Origin: an uncultured Alphaproteobacteria bacterium
GTDB taxonomy: Bacteria > Pseudomonadota > Alphaproteobacteria > Rs-D84
Direction of reading: 5' to 3'
Assembly (NCBI GenBank): GCA_946623825.1
Contig: CAMORN010000001.1
Location: 322,246-386,245 of the forward strand
Length of the DNA: 64,000 nucleotides
The notes below the pieces were generated by a model that ran no database searches, was not told the DNA's origin, and saw only the letters and a list, made by a program, of their open reading frames with translations. Every line of letters starts with the position of its first letter. Positions within the stretch are counted from its first letter, which is position 1. Of the stretch, positions 16,309 to 26,166 are shown piece after piece. A program made the position numbers and the translations under genes.

Positions 16309-19194
16309 GTGCCAATCAGAATAAAAAATTATAAATTATCAGATGAACAGGAAAGTGCCGTAAACCCGTCTTCTAATGCTTGGGTTCAGGCTAATGCTGG
16401 TGCGGGAAAAACGGAAATATTGGCTGGTCGATTATTGCGCATATTATTCAGATACAAACAACAGGGTAAAGATATAACAAAAATACCGGGGATATTGTGT
16501 TTAACATATACAGAAACCGGTGTTGGTGAAATGAAAGATCGTGTTGTAAAAACTTTTCGCAAATGGGCAATGGCTTGTGAAGAAGATTTACGTGAAGCAA
16601 TATCTTTCATAGTAGAAGGACAATCCGTCACAGATAACGATGTTAAAGTGGCACGTCAAATATTTTTTGATGTTATTGATAACCCAGATATATTAAAAAT
16701 TCGCACAATACACAGTTTTTGTTCTGATATATTAAAACAATTTTCATTGGAAGCGGGACTGCCACCGGCTTGGTCTGTTATTTCAGATTACAATCAACGC
16801 GTTTTATTAGAAAAAACATTTGAAAAAATGATAAATAATCCGAATATGAATTCTCAGGTACGGGAAGCTTTACATAATGTTATGTCTGTTCAGACAGAAA
16901 CCGCCATGGATGAAATATATCGGATTTTGGTAAAAAAATATAAAGCAATTTTCGCAATAAAAGATAAAAAAGATTATAGAAATTATTTTAAAGAACAAAT
17001 CGATAAATATTTGAATATAGATGATACGGCTAATGTTCCTGCAAAACCGGAAGATTTAGACGAAATGATTCAAAAATTGCAAGACATAGCACAAACCCAA
17101 GAAGACGAAAATATAAAACATTTTTATACTGGTCTGTGTAAAAAAATTGAAACTTTTAAATCTGACCAAAAACGCAATTTTGCTGAATACAAAACATTGT
17201 TTTTAAATGGTGCTGAAATTAAATACAAAACCTTTAAAGATGTAAAGATGGTTGATGGTACCAATAAAAGAATTGCTTATATAAAAATGCATCCAGATAT
17301 ATTTTTAGCAGAAGCAGAACGTGTAAAACGGTTATCAGAATACAATGCTAAATATAAATTACACACAGACACAATGTCTATGTTTGAATTGGTTCTCGAA
17401 TTTGAAAAGTTATATAAAAAAACAAAACGTGAATACAATGTTCTAGATTTTGATGATTTAATTTTATATACAACAAAATTGTTTGAAAATCCTGTTACTG
17501 TCGGTGCTGTATTGCAACAATTATCTGGTTCTGTCGGTCATATATTGGTTGACGAAGCGCAAGATACCAGTTTGCAGCAATGGCAAATATTCAATACATT
17601 GCGTGATAATATTGTTTTAAATGGGGATTTTACATCTTTGGTTGTGGGCGATTCAAAACAGGCTATATTTGGTTTCCAAGACGCCGATACAAAAGCTTTT
17701 ATTGATAATCGTGCAGATTTTGAAAAAAGAACAAAAGAAACAGGAAACTCTTTTTCTGGTGTAGATTTAACATTAAACTTTCGTTCTTTGGCGCCTGTGT
17801 TGAATACGGTTGATTATTTCTTTAATAAATTCAAAAAAGATGACAATCAACAAGACGGCGCAGAAATAAATGTAAAATTTGTGAATTCTAAACATATAAG
17901 TTTTCGTTCGGACAGATTAAATGAAAAGGGCGGTTTGGTTGAAATAAATAAAGCTTTTATTCCAAATTCATCTGGCGAAGCTGGAAAAAAAGAATACGCA
18001 GAATATCTTGCTGAAAAAATAGAAAATGTTTTAAAAACAGAAAAGGTATATAAAGACGGAAAATTGTGTGATATCACACCAGATGATATTATGATTCTGG
18101 TCAGAAAACGCAGTGTGGTTGTTTCTCATTTATTACACTTATTAAAAGACAAGGGCATAGAAGTTGCTGGTGAAGATAAAATTGTTTTAAATGACTTTTT
18201 GCCTGTGCGTGATTTATTAAATTTAATCAGATTTTCAATCAAACACAAAAAATATGGATATTATTCTGATGATTATACATTGGGTTGTATTTTAAAAAGC
18301 CCGCTTTACAGATTGTCTGAATCGCAAATTTATGATTTATGTGAAGAAGCACAAAGTTCGGATGAAAAACCAGCCTCTGGATTTATGTGGAAACTGTTGG
18401 AAGAACATTATCCAGAAATTTACAAAGATTTATCTGAAATCTTGGCAAGATGTAAAACAGATGCCCCATATACTTTCTTTAATTATGTGTTAAGCAAGAA
18501 GTTTAGACCAGATGATGAAATGAATAATCGTCAAAAAATAATTTCTGCTATGGGAAAACATATTATAGATCCTTTGGAAGACTTTTTGACATTGTGTTTG
18601 GTCTATGAAAGAACACAATCTGGTACACCAAAAGATTTCTTGAAATGGTTTGTAACCAGCGAAACTGCTGTTAAACGAGATGTTAAATCTGCACATGGTG
18701 TAAAAGTGATGACAGTGCATGGCAGCAAGGGGTTAGAAGCACCAGTTGTGTTTTTAATAGACACATTTAACAAGGGAAATAAAAATTTTGATTTGTTTGA
18801 TTTGAATTTTAAAAATCCGCCTGAAAAACAATTGTATGATTTGTGGATGTGGAAAACCGTGCCGTTATCAGATTTGCCTGCTAACATAGCGCAAGACAAG
18901 AAAGATTATTCTGATAAAGAAATTTTAGAAGAATATTACAGGTTATTATATGTTGCAATGACGCGTGCACGTGATCAATTGTATATATATGGACAAACAA
19001 ACACAAAGCCAAAAGAAGATGCTGACAAAGAAGAAAAATTAGGTGAATGGTATCCTGTTTTGTGGCGAAAATTGTCAGATATAGCAGTGGCTTTGCCAAA
19101 CACAGCAACAAAAGACACACTTACACAAGAAATAGAAAAAATTAGGATTACAGATGACCCAGAAATTAAAGAATTTTTTGAATCAAAAATTTAA
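16309..19194 (+). CDS. addA: AddA-type (UvrD/Rep superfamily 1) helicase, helicase portion; reading frame ends before the nuclease domain
   Basis: GTG 16309 after AAGGGGA. Walker A ANAGAGKTE, motif II LVDEAQDTS, VVGDSKQAIFGFQDAD, MTVHGSKGLEAPVVFL, LLYVAMTRARDQLYI. Confidence 0.8.
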   Translation: MPIRIKNYKLSDEQESAVNPSSNAWVQANAGAGKTEILAGRLLRILFRYKQQGKDITKIPGILCLTYTETGVGEMKDRVVKTFRKWAMACEEDLREAISFIVEGQSVTDNDVKVARQIFFDVIDNPDILKIRTIHSFCSDILKQFSLEAGLPPAWSVISDYNQRVLLEKTFEKMINNPNMNSQVREALHNVMSVQTETAMDEIYRILVKKYKAIFAIKDKKDYRNYFKEQIDKYLNIDDTANVPAKPEDLDEMIQKLQDIAQTQEDENIKHFYTGLCKKIETFKSDQKRNFAEYKTLFLNGAEIKYKTFKDVKMVDGTNKRIAYIKMHPDIFLAEAERVKRLSEYNAKYKLHTDTMSMFELVLEFEKLYKKTKREYNVLDFDDLILYTTKLFENPVTVGAVLQQLSGSVGHILVDEAQDTSLQQWQIFNTLRDNIVLNGDFTSLVVGDSKQAIFGFQDADTKAFIDNRADFEKRTKETGNSFSGVDLTLNFRSLAPVLNTVDYFFNKFKKDDNQQDGAEINVKFVNSKHISFRSDRLNEKGGLVEINKAFIPNSSGEAGKKEYAEYLAEKIENVLKTEKVYKDGKLCDITPDDIMILVRKRSVVVSHLLHLLKDKGIEVAGEDKIVLNDFLPVRDLLNLIRFSIKHKKYGYYSDDYTLGCILKSPLYRLSESQIYDLCEEAQSSDEKPASGFMWKLLEEHYPEIYKDLSEILARCKTDAPYTFFNYVLSKKFRPDDEMNNRQKIISAMGKHIIDPLEDFLTLCLVYERTQSGTPKDFLKWFVTSETAVKRDVKSAHGVKVMTVHGSKGLEAPVVFLIDTFNKGNKNFDLFDLNFKNPPEKQLYDLWMWKTVPLSDLPANIAQDKKDYSDKEILEEYYRLLYVAMTRARDQLYIYGQTNTKPKEDADKEEKLGEWYPVLWRKLSDIAVALPNTATKDTLTQEIEKIRITDDPEIKEFFESKI

Positions 19195-19603
19195 CGAACA
19201 GCTCGCAACATCTAAAGGAACGGTTGCTCATCTTAAGATGGAAAACATTGTCATAGATGATGTTGTTGGTGAAAGTGGCGATAAAGATATAATTAAAAAA
19301 ATAAAAACAAAACCAGAATTGTTGCCTTATTTTGTTGCGTCTGCACAAAGAGAAGTTCCGATTGCTGGGTTCATAGACGGTGAATTTGTCAGCAAGCGCA
19401 TAGATCGTTTGTTAATAAATCACGAAACAAAAAATATTGTTTTTATAGACTATAAAACAGATACAGATAAAACCCAGTTTATAGATGAATATAAAAAACA
19501 ATTAAAAGGCTATGAAATATTGCTGCGTTCTGCGTATCCAGAATATGCAATATCTGGTTATATTTTATGGCTGCAAGATTGGACGCTTGATAAAATTATT
19601 TAA
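19154..19603 (+). CDS. addA: AddA C-terminal PD-(D/E)xK (RecB-type) nuclease domain as a separate, overlapping ORF
   Basis: KGTVAHLKMENI ... GFIDGEFVSKRIDRLLINHETKNIVFIDYKTDT (D...[DE]xK nuclease core) ... QLKGYEILL. Overlaps the helicase ORF by 41 nt in the next frame. Confidence 0.7.
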   Translation: MTQKLKNFLNQKFNEQLATSKGTVAHLKMENIVIDDVVGESGDKDIIKKIKTKPELLPYFVASAQREVPIAGFIDGEFVSKRIDRLLINHETKNIVFIDYKTDTDKTQFIDEYKKQLKGYEILLRSAYPEYAISGYILWLQDWTLDKII

Positions 19604-19639
19604 TTGAAATTTTGTTGCTTTTTTGTCTATAATCTGGCT

Positions 19640-21292
19640 ATGTTAACAAGTCTTTATATTTCTAATGTTGTTTTGATAGAAAAACTGAATCTAGAATTCG
19701 GAAATGGTTTAAATATTATGACCGGTGAGACTGGTGCCGGTAAAAGTATTTTGCTGGACGCATTATCATTGGCGTTGGGTGGACGCAGTGATATTGGTCT
19801 GATACGAAATGGGACAGATATGGCAACCATTATTGCTACATTTGATTCTGTGAATAATTCTGCAAAACAAATTCTTGATGAAAATGGCATTGAATGTTCA
19901 GATGAATTGATTTTGCGCAGAACCTTGTCAAAAGATGGTAAAAGCAAGGCTTGGATAAATGATATACCTGTGTCCATAAAAACATTGAAACAAATCGGCG
20001 ATGAAATGGTCGAAATTCATGGACAATTTGAAAATCGTTCTTTGCTTGATACATCTACACATTTAAAATCATTGGATGATTATGCAAAAATAAATGACAA
20101 AGATTTTAATGAAGTTTTAAATAAAACACATATTGCATATGAAGATTTACATAAAAATCAAAAGCAATTAAAACAATTACAAGAAATACTTGAAAAATCA
20201 GAATCTGAACGCGATTTTTTGGAACATAATGTGTCTGAATTGCGAAAATTAAACCCACAACCGGGTGAAGAAGAAGAATTGGCAAATCAGCGTGCTATGA
20301 TGATGGATGCTGAAAAAAACGCTGGTATTTTAACAGACGCAATCAGTGTTCTGAAAAATAATGGCAATTCATTGGACGAACAAATTTGTTCTGTGGCGCA
20401 TATCTTGGAAAGAATCAAGACAGACCCAAACCCTTATTCTGAAATCATAGATAAATTATATGATGCGGCATCAACGGTTGCGGAAATAGGGGAACAGATT
20501 CAACCTGAAACAATGGATGTAAATGACATAGATTCTATCGAAGAAAGATTGTTTGCTATTCGTGGGGCGGCGCGTAAATATCGTGTCTCTGCGGACGAAT
20601 TACCAAACAAACTGGCAGAAATGGAATCTCAATTAAACGCCATAGACAACAGCGATATTGAATTAAAGAAATGTAAATCATTGGTTGCTGAATCGCAAAA
20701 GATATTTAATGAATATGCAGATAAATTAACCGAATTACGAAAGGTTTCTGCTGATAATTTAAGAAAACAAATATTGCAAGAATTGCCAGACTTAAAATTG
20801 GGCAGTGCAGATTTTATGGTTGATATATCAGATACAGAACCAAACATAAACGGTAAAAATGACATTGTTTTTATGATTAAAACGAATCCGGGGACTCCGT
20901 TCGCACCATTACATAAAATCGCGTCTGGGGGTGAATTATCGCGTTTGATGTTGGCTTTGCGTGTCGTATTAAATAACCCAGATAATCAAAAAACATTGAT
21001 ATTCGATGAATTGGATACTGGTATCAGTGGTGCAACCGCATCTGCCGTTGGCGACAGATTAAATAAATTGGCGCATAATGAACAATTGTTGGTCATTACC
21101 CATTCTGCTCAGGTTGCTGGTTTTGCAGATAAACATTTCAAGATTTCTAAACAAAGCAACCAAGATTCAACCACCACAACCGTTGTTGAATTATCTGGTG
21201 ATGACAGAATAAATGAAATTGCCCGTATAATCAGTGGCGCAACAATAACCGCGGAATCTGTTGCAACTGCAAAGACATTGATTAAACATTAA
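19640..21292 (+). CDS. recN: DNA repair protein RecN
   Basis: Trimmed to ATG 19640. GLNIMTGETGAGKSILLDAL Walker A, long coiled coil, SGGELSRLMLAL signature, LIFDELDTGISG Walker B. Confidence 0.92.
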   Translation: MLTSLYISNVVLIEKLNLEFGNGLNIMTGETGAGKSILLDALSLALGGRSDIGLIRNGTDMATIIATFDSVNNSAKQILDENGIECSDELILRRTLSKDGKSKAWINDIPVSIKTLKQIGDEMVEIHGQFENRSLLDTSTHLKSLDDYAKINDKDFNEVLNKTHIAYEDLHKNQKQLKQLQEILEKSESERDFLEHNVSELRKLNPQPGEEEELANQRAMMMDAEKNAGILTDAISVLKNNGNSLDEQICSVAHILERIKTDPNPYSEIIDKLYDAASTVAEIGEQIQPETMDVNDIDSIEERLFAIRGAARKYRVSADELPNKLAEMESQLNAIDNSDIELKKCKSLVAESQKIFNEYADKLTELRKVSADNLRKQILQELPDLKLGSADFMVDISDTEPNINGKNDIVFMIKTNPGTPFAPLHKIASGGELSRLMLALRVVLNNPDNQKTLIFDELDTGISGATASAVGDRLNKLAHNEQLLVITHSAQVAGFADKHFKISKQSNQDSTTTTVVELSGDDRINEIARIISGATITAESVATAKTLIKH

Positions 21293-21319
21293 AAAAAACG
21301 CCCATACGGGCGATTTTTT
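21291..21319. terminator. Bidirectional terminator
   Basis: A8, CGCCC-ATAC-GGGCG, T-run. Confidence 0.65.
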
Positions 21320-21686
21320 ATTTGTTTCTGAAATAATTTTTCATCATGTATGTATCAAACATATAACTGTTTTGTTTGTAAAACCAATAAACTTGGTTTA
21401 TGAATTTCAACAGTACAGAATTTGTATTATTTATTTCAGAATCTAAAAATGTTTCAGCAGCAATCAATTTGCTTTTGTTATCAAACACCATACAAATACC
21501 GCCGTTAAATTTTTTGATTTTGTTTATAATAAAGCTGTATATTTTGTCACCATTAAGAGAGCGAGCCTCTAAAACAATGCGTCCATCTGGTTCTTGATCA
21601 TAGGTTATGTACACTTTGCTTGTATCAAGATTATTCTTGATTTCTTGTAATTTTTCCTTGGTTATTTCCTTGAATATAGCAGACAT
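21318..21686 (-). CDS. Hypothetical protein (122 aa)
   Basis: Start moved to ATG 21686, which has AAAGGAGA 4 nt upstream. No recognisable motif. Confidence 0.5.
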   Translation of the reverse strand: MSAIFKEITKEKLQEIKNNLDTSKVYITYDQEPDGRIVLEARSLNGDKIYSFIINKIKKFNGGICMVFDNKSKLIAAETFLDSEINNTNSVLLKFINQVYWFYKQNSYMFDTYMMKNYFRNK

Positions 21687-21791
21687 TTTATCTCCTTTGT
21701 TGTCTTTTATGTACATAAATATAATACAAAAATTTAATTTGTCAAGTGTTTTAGTAAAAAAGTTAAAAATATCCAGACTGGTAATATTTCG

Positions 21792-23021
21792 TTATAATTT
21801 GATTATTCCATCAGCAAATTCAATCGTTTCTGGTATGGCTGAAACAGTGCTGATTATATTATTGTCTTTGTCGCGAACAATGGCATAACCGCGTTGCAAA
21901 ACATTTTTATAAGACAAAGAATTCAACATTTGGTCAATATGGGTTAAATTCTGTTTCAACATATTTAATCTGGTTTCAACGAATATAGGAAATCTTGAAA
22001 TCAATTCTATCTTTTGATGTGCAGATTGCATTTCGTTTGCAATAATTATATTCATTGTTTTTTCAATATCGTCTATCCGTTGTGTTTTTTCCATAATAAT
22101 TTGATGCGGACTTTTGATATTTATATTTAATAAATGCTTTTTTAATCCCAATAAAGTATTGGTAAAGGCAGTATTTAATCTGTGTGATAAATTATCCAGT
22201 TCTTGAATCAAAGATATTTTTGTTGGAACAACCATTTCCGCCGCGCCAGTTGGGGTTGGGGCGCGCACATCGGCTGCAAAATCTATCAACATCCAATCTG
22301 GTTCATGACCAACACCGGAAATAAGTGGTATATGACTGTTAGCGGCAGCGCGAACAACAATTTCTTCACTGAACGGTAATAAATCTTCCAATGCACCGCC
22401 ACCGCGTGCAACGATAATAACATCGACATTATTCATACGATTGAAATATTCGATACCTGCAACAACTTCGCCAGCGGCACTGGTTCCTTGAACCGTAGCA
22501 GGGTAAAGTAATACTTTAACCGGAAATCTTTCGCGCAATCTGTTTTGTATATCTTGGAAAGCAGCACCTGTTGGACTGGTTACAACACCAATTGTTTGTG
22601 GAAAACGTGGCAAAGGTTTCTTGCGCGCGGCGTCAAATAATCCTTCCTTGGCCAGTTTTTGTTTGCGTTCTTCCAACATTTTTAATATTGCGCCAACACC
22701 AGCCATTTCAATAGAATTTATAATTATTTGATAATTGCTGCGTGCAGGATATGTTGTAAAACGACCTGTGATGATAACTTCCATTCCGTCTTCTAATTTC
22801 ATTGGAACGGGTGTGCCACGCCATATAATTGCATTTATAGCAGAACCAGAATCTTTTATTGTCATATATACATGACCAGATGATGCGCGTGTAATTTGTG
22901 ATAATTCACCACGAATACGAATTTCAGAAAACGCGGTTTCTACAACTTTTTTTAAGAGCGTTGAAGCATCACTTACTGAAAAAATAGTGTTTTTATCAAA
23001 AAAAGGAACTGGTTTTTCCAT
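21792..23021 (-). CDS. xseA: Exodeoxyribonuclease VII large subunit
   Basis: OB-fold N-terminus VSDASTLLKKVVETAFSEIRIRGELSQ...SGHVYMTIKD, plus IGVVTSPTGAAFQDI and ARGGGALEDL. Confidence 0.9.
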   Translation of the reverse strand: MEKPVPFFDKNTIFSVSDASTLLKKVVETAFSEIRIRGELSQITRASSGHVYMTIKDSGSAINAIIWRGTPVPMKLEDGMEVIITGRFTTYPARSNYQIIINSIEMAGVGAILKMLEERKQKLAKEGLFDAARKKPLPRFPQTIGVVTSPTGAAFQDIQNRLRERFPVKVLLYPATVQGTSAAGEVVAGIEYFNRMNNVDVIIVARGGGALEDLLPFSEEIVVRAAANSHIPLISGVGHEPDWMLIDFAADVRAPTPTGAAEMVVPTKISLIQELDNLSHRLNTAFTNTLLGLKKHLLNINIKSPHQIIMEKTQRIDDIEKTMNIIIANEMQSAHQKIELISRFPIFVETRLNMLKQNLTHIDQMLNSLSYKNVLQRGYAIVRDKDNNIISTVSAIPETIEFADGIIKL

Positions 23022-23024
23022 GGT

Positions 23025-23531
23025 TTATTCTTTTTGGTTTTTAGCGAGTTCTCTCAATAAAATTTTTTTGAATACTTCTTTATTTGGTGTGCGTAATTTT
23101 CCTGGATCCAGAGGAACACCAATATTATAAGGCACATTTAATGGATAAAAATGTTCGCCGGTTGTCCCAAAATTTATGCCCGTTGTTTTGTCTTGTAAAA
23201 ACACAACAGAACTGATGTTTTTGCCATCTACAACCCAGTCTGTATAACGTATAGCCATAAGATTCCAAACATCTTCGCCACCAGTCATTTCATAGATAAG
23301 CAAACTGGCCATCGCACAGAAACCAGAAGACCATTTGTTGTCAGATAATTTACTGCCTACAAAATGCGAATGATACACTGGATTTTTATAGATATTACGC
23401 AAAGCAATTGTTATTTCAGGTAAAGTATATTTTGCGTTACACAACTTGTCCATATTTGCAGACTGAATTTTTTCTGCTAATTTAATGGTTGCTTGGGTGA
23501 ATTCTTCATATCTTTGTGCGTACGGTTTCAT
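23025..23531 (-). CDS. Hypothetical protein (168 aa)
   Basis: Clean ORF 3 nt downstream of... upstream neighbour tsaD and tightly packed before xseA. No motif recognised. Confidence 0.5.
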   Translation of the reverse strand: MKPYAQRYEEFTQATIKLAEKIQSANMDKLCNAKYTLPEITIALRNIYKNPVYHSHFVGSKLSDNKWSSGFCAMASLLIYEMTGGEDVWNLMAIRYTDWVVDGKNISSVVFLQDKTTGINFGTTGEHFYPLNVPYNIGVPLDPGKLRTPNKEVFKKILLRELAKNQKE

Positions 23532-23552
23532 TTGCTTTATTCTATCATAATT

Positions 23553-24683
23553 CTATAATTCGGTCAATGGCCAACGTGGACGTGGTGCCACAGGTTCGTG
23601 AACGATGTTACCTTGCTTGTAATTTTCAATACCAGCCCACGCAATCATCGCACCATTGTCTGTACATAAACTCATCGGTGGTGCAGCAAATAACATATTG
23701 TTTTTGTTTGCTAATGTTTCCATTGCGGAACGAATAGCGCTATTTTTAGCAACACCGCCAGCAACAACCATGGTTTTTGGTTTCGCGTTTTTTACCCGTT
23801 CATCTTTCAATGCGTTTGTTAAACGATTGGTTATACAATCAACGATAGCCTGTTGAAAAGACGCACAAAAATCATTTATAAATGTTTCGTCTATTTCATC
23901 TTGTGGTGTTTTGTCCAACAACATACGAGCGGCGGTTTTTATTCCTGAAAATGAAAAATCGCATCCGGCTTTATCGCACAATGGGCGTGGAAAATTAAAT
24001 CTTTTTGGATTGCCCAGTTTTGCACGATTATCAACAATTGGGCCACCCGGATAACCAAGTCCCAACATTTTTGCAATTTTATCAAATGCTTCGCCGGCGC
24101 TGTCGTCCAATGTTTGTCCAATCATTTCGTATTTGCCAACATTGTGAACCAATAAAATCTGACAATGTCCACCAGACGCCAACATTAATAAATATGGAAA
24201 TTCAACATCAATATTGGTTGCAGAATCAGTTGCAGACGAAGATTTAAGGCGTGGAACGAGTGCGTGTCCTTCCAGATGATTTACAGCAACCAGTGGCTTG
24301 TTTGTGGCGTTTGCAATACCAGTTGCAGTCATCCATCCAATCAAAACACCACCAATTAACCCAGGGCCCGCAGTAGCGGCAATAACATCTATGTCGTCTA
24401 TGGTTTTGTTTGCGCGTTCAAGGGCCAATTTAATAACTTCATCAACCGCCAATATGTGTGCACGTGCCGCTAATTCAGGAACAACACCACCATATTTTTG
24501 GTGTTCTGGAATTTGGGAATAAATTATATGCCCCAGAATGTTTTTATCACTGTCAACAACGGCCGCACTGGTTTCATCACAAGATGATTCAATGCCCAAA
24601 CACAGCACAGGTTTATCGTTACCTTTATGTGCATGGTCTGTGGTTGTTTCCATATCTATACGAATAATTTTTTCTTCACTCAT
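23553..24683 (-). CDS. tsaD: tRNA N6-adenosine threonylcarbamoyltransferase
   Basis: LGIESSCDETSAAVV, VNHLEGH, ASGGHCQ, FSFSGIKTA, VAGGVAKN. Confidence 0.92.
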   Translation of the reverse strand: MSEEKIIRIDMETTTDHAHKGNDKPVLCLGIESSCDETSAAVVDSDKNILGHIIYSQIPEHQKYGGVVPELAARAHILAVDEVIKLALERANKTIDDIDVIAATAGPGLIGGVLIGWMTATGIANATNKPLVAVNHLEGHALVPRLKSSSATDSATNIDVEFPYLLMLASGGHCQILLVHNVGKYEMIGQTLDDSAGEAFDKIAKMLGLGYPGGPIVDNRAKLGNPKRFNFPRPLCDKAGCDFSFSGIKTAARMLLDKTPQDEIDETFINDFCASFQQAIVDCITNRLTNALKDERVKNAKPKTMVVAGGVAKNSAIRSAMETLANKNNMLFAAPPMSLCTDNGAMIAWAGIENYKQGNIVHEPVAPRPRWPLTEL

Positions 24684-25381
24684 TTTATTTTCACCAATGT
24701 TATTCCGATATTATGCTCGTTTTTTGCGATTTGTCTAATATATTTATCAAAATTTGTATCCATCACACGACCATGTCTTCTGGACGCGTGGCGCAATTGT
24801 CCATTTGGTAATAAAAAGCCCATATGAATAACCGCTATATCGGAACCTATTTTATCATAAATATTTGGGTTTTTATATATAAATAACACAATCAAAGGTT
24901 CTTTTGTTTCTATTTTGTTTATGTTTTCATATGGAATATATTTTATTTCAGCCCTTTGTGGTTTCAGGTTTGTTTTTAAATTATATTTTTTTAACAACCA
25001 ATTTTGTTTGTTGTTTATAACAGTTCTGGTTGCTGTTTTACCATATAAATCACTTACATTTTCAAATAAATCTTGGTTATTGTTTAACCAATCTGTTTCT
25101 ATGAAATGGTTGCGATTCATAAAATCTATATTTCCGTCTTTATATCTGATTTTATTTAATTTATTAATGTCACCTTGTGCCAGTGATGTTTCTACAAATG
25201 TGGTACAATCAAACGCATCAAATCTGATAAGTGGGTCTGTGTCAGGGGCTTTTTCTTCACCCAGTGGAGATTTTAAATATTTTGCCCCAAGATATTCTTC
25301 GCCAATAAAAGATTGTTTTGTACAACCAAAAACAAATAATACAGATAAAAGAAAAACAAAACTATTTTTCATCTGGTTCAA
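24680..25381 (-). CDS. DUF1460-like lipoprotein (amidase-like fold family)
   Basis: Lipobox LFVFGC. LGEEKAPDTDPLIRFDAFDCTTFVETSLA resembles the DUF1460 signature. 4-nt overlap with tsaD. Confidence 0.55.
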   Translation of the reverse strand: MNQMKNSFVFLLSVLFVFGCTKQSFIGEEYLGAKYLKSPLGEEKAPDTDPLIRFDAFDCTTFVETSLAQGDINKLNKIRYKDGNIDFMNRNHFIETDWLNNNQDLFENVSDLYGKTATRTVINNKQNWLLKKYNLKTNLKPQRAEIKYIPYENINKIETKEPLIVLFIYKNPNIYDKIGSDIAVIHMGFLLPNGQLRHASRRHGRVMDTNFDKYIRQIAKNEHNIGITLVKIK

Positions 25382-25700
25382 TGTTTAATTTTATACCATT
25401 ATAACACAAAGCGGCTGCATCACGAACCATCATTTCGTTTGCGTCTGGTAAAGTGGAAATTTTATTCATACAAGACAACATTAATTCTGAATCTGGGTTG
25501 TTTTTTACAATATAATTCAATGTTGTTATTTTTTGGGAATCTGTCAGTTTTTTCCAGTTTTTCATATTCGCATTTTCATATGTTTTGTTTGTGTATTGAA
25601 CAAAAAACCCCAATATAACAAACAATAATAACAGTCCACTGGCCACAGTGATTTTAATAATGCGTTTTATTTGTTGAATTTTTGTTTTCTTTTTTTTCAT
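25362..25700 (-). CDS. Small membrane-anchored hypothetical protein
   Basis: Basic N-terminus plus TM VASGLLLLFVILGFFV. Confidence 0.5.
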   Translation of the reverse strand: MKKKKTKIQQIKRIIKITVASGLLLLFVILGFFVQYTNKTYENANMKNWKKLTDSQKITTLNYIVKNNPDSELMLSCMNKISTLPDANEMMVRDAAALCYNGIKLNIEPDEK

Positions 25701-25705
25701 TTTAT

Positions 25706-26068
25706 TTATTCACATTTTTCAAGCCAAACATCGTAAGCGTCATCTTGCAGCGGGTTTTGTCCCGGTTCGTTGCGGTTCATCCAACCACTGAAAATACGCA
25801 AGTCTGATTTTGTATAAATTTCAACAAAAGCAAAATAATTTTCAGCATCAAATGGGTCGGATTGCTTGCAACTTCTTACTTTAATTGTTAAGCCTTCGAT
25901 GCGGATATTTTTGTCTTTTGCTGCGAACACTGTTTGTGTTTTTCCCGCGGCTTTGTTCATAACACGCAATATTGCGGTGTCTTTTTCTATATAAGCAAAA
26001 GAATCATGTGCGGAAAAACACATGGTAAAAACACAAAATAGGGCAAAAAACACTGTCTTTTTAATCAT
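25706..26068 (-). CDS. DUF2155 domain protein (secreted)
   Basis: Trimmed to ATG 26068 (signal MIKKTVFFALFCVFTMCFSA). AILRVMNKAAGK...IEGLTIKVRSCKQSDPFD...FSGWMNRNEPGQNPLQDDAYDVWLEKCE fits the alphaproteobacterial DUF2155 pattern. Confidence 0.7.
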   Translation of the reverse strand: MIKKTVFFALFCVFTMCFSAHDSFAYIEKDTAILRVMNKAAGKTQTVFAAKDKNIRIEGLTIKVRSCKQSDPFDAENYFAFVEIYTKSDLRIFSGWMNRNEPGQNPLQDDAYDVWLEKCE

Positions 26069-26131
26069 GGTTATAATAATACAAGGCTTTTTAATATAAG
26101 TCAAATTTTATAAAATATTTTAATAAAAAAA

Positions 26132-26160
26132 TTGACAAAATAAAATATTGTGTATATAAT
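26132..26160 (+). promoter_or_regulatory. Consensus sigma-70 promoter abutting the NTase start codon
   Basis: TTGACA (26132-26137), exactly 17 nt, TATAAT (26155-26160). ATG at 26167 is 7 nt after the -10, and there is no Shine-Dalgarno. Confidence 0.55.
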
Positions 26161-26166
26161 TTGAGT

